DNA of 64,000 nt from Deltaproteobacteria bacterium (lineage in GTDB: Bacteria > Desulfobacterota > Binatia > Binatales > Binataceae): positions 129,491-193,490 of the forward strand of contig JAKBMB010000011.1 in NCBI GenBank assembly GCA_021831785.1. The letters run 5' to 3'. The notes beneath the pieces were generated by a model. That model saw only the letters and a list, made by a program, of their open reading frames with translations. It was not told the origin of the DNA and made no database searches. The position numbers were made by a program, and so were the translations under genes. The stretch's first letter is position 1. Each line of letters opens with the position of its first letter. Of this stretch, positions 62,021 through 64,000 are shown piece after piece.

Positions 62021-63367
62021 ATGCTAGTATCACAGTCTAACGCGGGCGTCTGCTTGCGTACCAATGTAGATATTCGCCGTGACACGCTTTGCGGTTCGCC
62101 TTTGCCATTTTTCCTCTTGATAATCGTCGCCCTTGGCGCTTTGGGGGTTCGTCCGGCCGCGGCAGCTGGCCTGACGGTCGAAGAGGCGATCGCTGTTGCG
62201 CTGGAAAACAATCCGAATTTGCAGGCGGCCCGCCAGCAGCTTGAAACGGCAAGAGCGCGCGCGATCAAGGCGCACTATCTAAACCAATACAATCCCCAGG
62301 TTCAAGTCCAAACATCGCAGGCTCATTTTGAGTTTGCGCCGGGCGGAAACGCAACGCAAATTTATAGCACCGCGACTGTCGAGGTGGAGGTTGCGGGACA
62401 GCGCGGTTTGCGAATCAAAGCGGCAGACCGGGCGTTGTCAGAGGCCCAAGCGAACGTCGCTGACGCGGAACGGCTAACCAGAGCGCGCGCGCAATATGCG
62501 TTCTACCAGGCTCTTTATTTGCGTGAGCGCCTGGACTTGATGGAGCGAGTGGAGGATCTCAATCGACGGCTGCGCGACGCGACTGCCATGCGCTTTCGGG
62601 CCGGCGAGAGCGCGAGGCTTGAGGCGAACCTTGCTGCTATACGCTATGACCAGTCGCGCAGAATGACGCTGTTGGCGCATCGCGACCACCAGAACGGCTT
62701 GCGAGCCCTGCAGCGCTCCCTCGGAATGGTTCCCACCGGCGAACTGGAGGTCAGCGGCTCACTTCTTGTGGGGAGAACGATAGCGCTCGATCCCCAACGA
62801 GCTTTACAAGCGGCGTCGGCTAATCGGCCGGACCTACGCGCTCGCGATTATCAAATCAGTCGAATTGCTGCCGACATCGAACTGATTAAACGTCTGAGGA
62901 TCCCCAACCTGACCGTAGGGGGCTTTATTGGACAGATTCCTGAAATTCCTGGCGAATTCGTTCGCGAAATCGGCGGTATAGTTGGATTTCCAATACCGCT
63001 GTTCGAGCGCAAGCAAGCCGAGCTGACGGACCTCAAGGGTTTGGAGACCCGCGCCAAGTATGAGCGCAGGGCAACCAAGCTTACGATTGAACAGCAGGTG
63101 CGCGATGCGCTTTCGGCGTACGAAGCTTCGCGCGATGCTTTAGAAGTGTTTCAGGCCGACGCCTTAGGTCGCCTTAAGGAGAGCTTCGAGCTGATCGACA
63201 CCGCCTATCGTTTGGGCGAGATCGGTCTGCTTCAGCTGATCGTGGTTGAGAACGACCTCGTGGCGGCGAATTCTTCCTATCTGGACTCGTTGTGGGACTA
63301 CTGGGTCGCTCGAATCGCGGTTGAAACCGTCGCCGGAACAACTCTCGAAAGGCTGCGCCAGCCGTGA
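62021..63367 (+). CDS. TolC-family outer-membrane efflux factor (CzcC/OprM-like)
   Basis: Signal peptide then LTVEEAIAVALENNPNLQAARQQLETARA and paired coiled-coil repeats. The ORF opens at 61808 but the signal peptide starts at MLVSQ (62021). Confidence 0.7.
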   Translation: MLVSQSNAGVCLRTNVDIRRDTLCGSPLPFFLLIIVALGALGVRPAAAAGLTVEEAIAVALENNPNLQAARQQLETARARAIKAHYLNQYNPQVQVQTSQAHFEFAPGGNATQIYSTATVEVEVAGQRGLRIKAADRALSEAQANVADAERLTRARAQYAFYQALYLRERLDLMERVEDLNRRLRDATAMRFRAGESARLEANLAAIRYDQSRRMTLLAHRDHQNGLRALQRSLGMVPTGELEVSGSLLVGRTIALDPQRALQAASANRPDLRARDYQISRIAADIELIKRLRIPNLTVGGFIGQIPEIPGEFVREIGGIVGFPIPLFERKQAELTDLKGLETRAKYERRATKLTIEQQVRDALSAYEASRDALEVFQADALGRLKESFELIDTAYRLGEIGLLQLIVVENDLVAANSSYLDSLWDYWVARIAVETVAGTTLERLRQP

Positions 63368-63378
63368 ACCTGCCCGGG

Positions 63379-64000
63379 ATGCCCGCGATGGCGGCCGTTT
63401 TCCTGCTAGTAACCACAATCTGCGGCTGCAAAGGCGGCGCGCCTGCGCCGCCCGGCGCCAACAAGTCGGCGCCGGCCCATGTTCCCGCTCTTGAAAGAGC
63501 GATTCGCCTGGCGCCGGAGGCGATTCAGACACTCGGCTTGCAAACTGTACCGGCGTCATCTCGCGGTTTGAGCCGCGAACTCGTCACTACGGCGGTTATC
63601 AAACCTAACGCCTATCGCGTCGCTGACGTCAGTCCGCGCGTTCCCGGAAAGGCGATCGAAGTTTACGCCCGCCTTGGTGACAACGTGAAAAAAGGCGCCG
63701 TACTAGCCAAGCTTGACAGCCTGGAACTGGGACAAGCCAAGGCCGCATTCCTACGCGCCCGAACCGACTTAAACGTCGCCAAGCGCAATTACGATCGTTT
63801 GAAAACTTTGTACGCGAAGCAGATTTCGTCCGAACGCGATTATCTCAGCGCGAAGGGCGATTTCGAGCGCAGCGAAGCCGTCTACAATCAAGCGCGCGAG
63901 GCGCTGCGTTTACTGGGCCTGTCTGAAGCCGAGATTGCTGGAACGAACTGGAATAGCGCTGGCGGACGGCTTTCTTTGTTGCCTCTGCTCTCCCCATTTT
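63379..64000 (+). CDS. efflux membrane-fusion (periplasmic adaptor) protein, 3'-truncated by window edge
   Basis: Lipoprotein signal (LLVTTICGCKG), then a biotinyl-lipoyl-like motif (AVLAKLDSLELGQAKAAF) and coiled-coil. Start codon is 12 nt past the tolC-like stop. Confidence 0.65.
   Translation, partial: MPAMAAVFLLVTTICGCKGGAPAPPGANKSAPAHVPALERAIRLAPEAIQTLGLQTVPASSRGLSRELVTTAVIKPNAYRVADVSPRVPGKAIEVYARLGDNVKKGAVLAKLDSLELGQAKAAFLRARTDLNVAKRNYDRLKTLYAKQISSERDYLSAKGDFERSEAVYNQAREALRLLGLSEAEIAGTNWNSAGGRLSLLPLLSPF

Overview
This 64-kb window is high-GC (roughly 65%) bacterial chromosomal DNA with Gram-negative hallmarks: TolC-like and PagL-like outer-membrane proteins, lipoproteins, and mreBCD-mrdA-rodA. 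The core content is as follows.

- A purine biosynthesis block runs from the 5' end: dut (partial), purB, purC, purS, purQ, purL, purF.
- An aerobic benzoyl-CoA (box) pathway island carries boxB and boxC on the minus strand, a divergent benzoate-CoA ligase, alpha/beta-hydrolases and an aromatic-uptake-type outer-membrane channel. No boxA is present.
- holA, ppiD and the cell-shape cluster mreB-mreC-mreD-mrdA-rodA follow.
- Further downstream lie gltA, ilvA, an SDR, an LLM-class oxidoreductase, pncA, mobA, a crotonase, a Kelch beta-propeller protein and ilvC.
- The 3' end holds a TolC-like outer-membrane factor and a partial membrane-fusion protein, which looks like the start of an RND/heavy-metal efflux operon.

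The stretch from about 28 kb to 51 kb behaves like an accessory region. It is full of paralogue pairs and at least six families of palindromic MITE/REP-like repeats. Its notable contents are:

- an orphan TadG/TadE/TadE pseudopilin triad beside an XRE-PBP regulator;
- a dispersed sxtI/sxtJ/sxtK-like module of unknown function (carbamoyltransferase, 50-aa DUF5989/SxtK-like protein, SxtJ-like membrane protein), the SxtJ part linked to two tandem membrane-anchored SGNH hydrolase paralogues;
- a PLD/Nuc-family protein;
- an FHA-TM-CAP-like protein whose annotated start lies inside a repeat module;
- paired secreted Cys proteins and paired glycine-zipper lipoproteins;
- a higBA toxin-antitoxin pair in a 2.5-kb segment bracketed by about 95-bp direct repeats that duplicate the 3' end of ilvA.

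I found no rRNA, no convincing tRNA and no CRISPR array. Coordinates of repeats read by eye may be off by 1-3 nt. CDS coordinates derive from the supplied ORF track.
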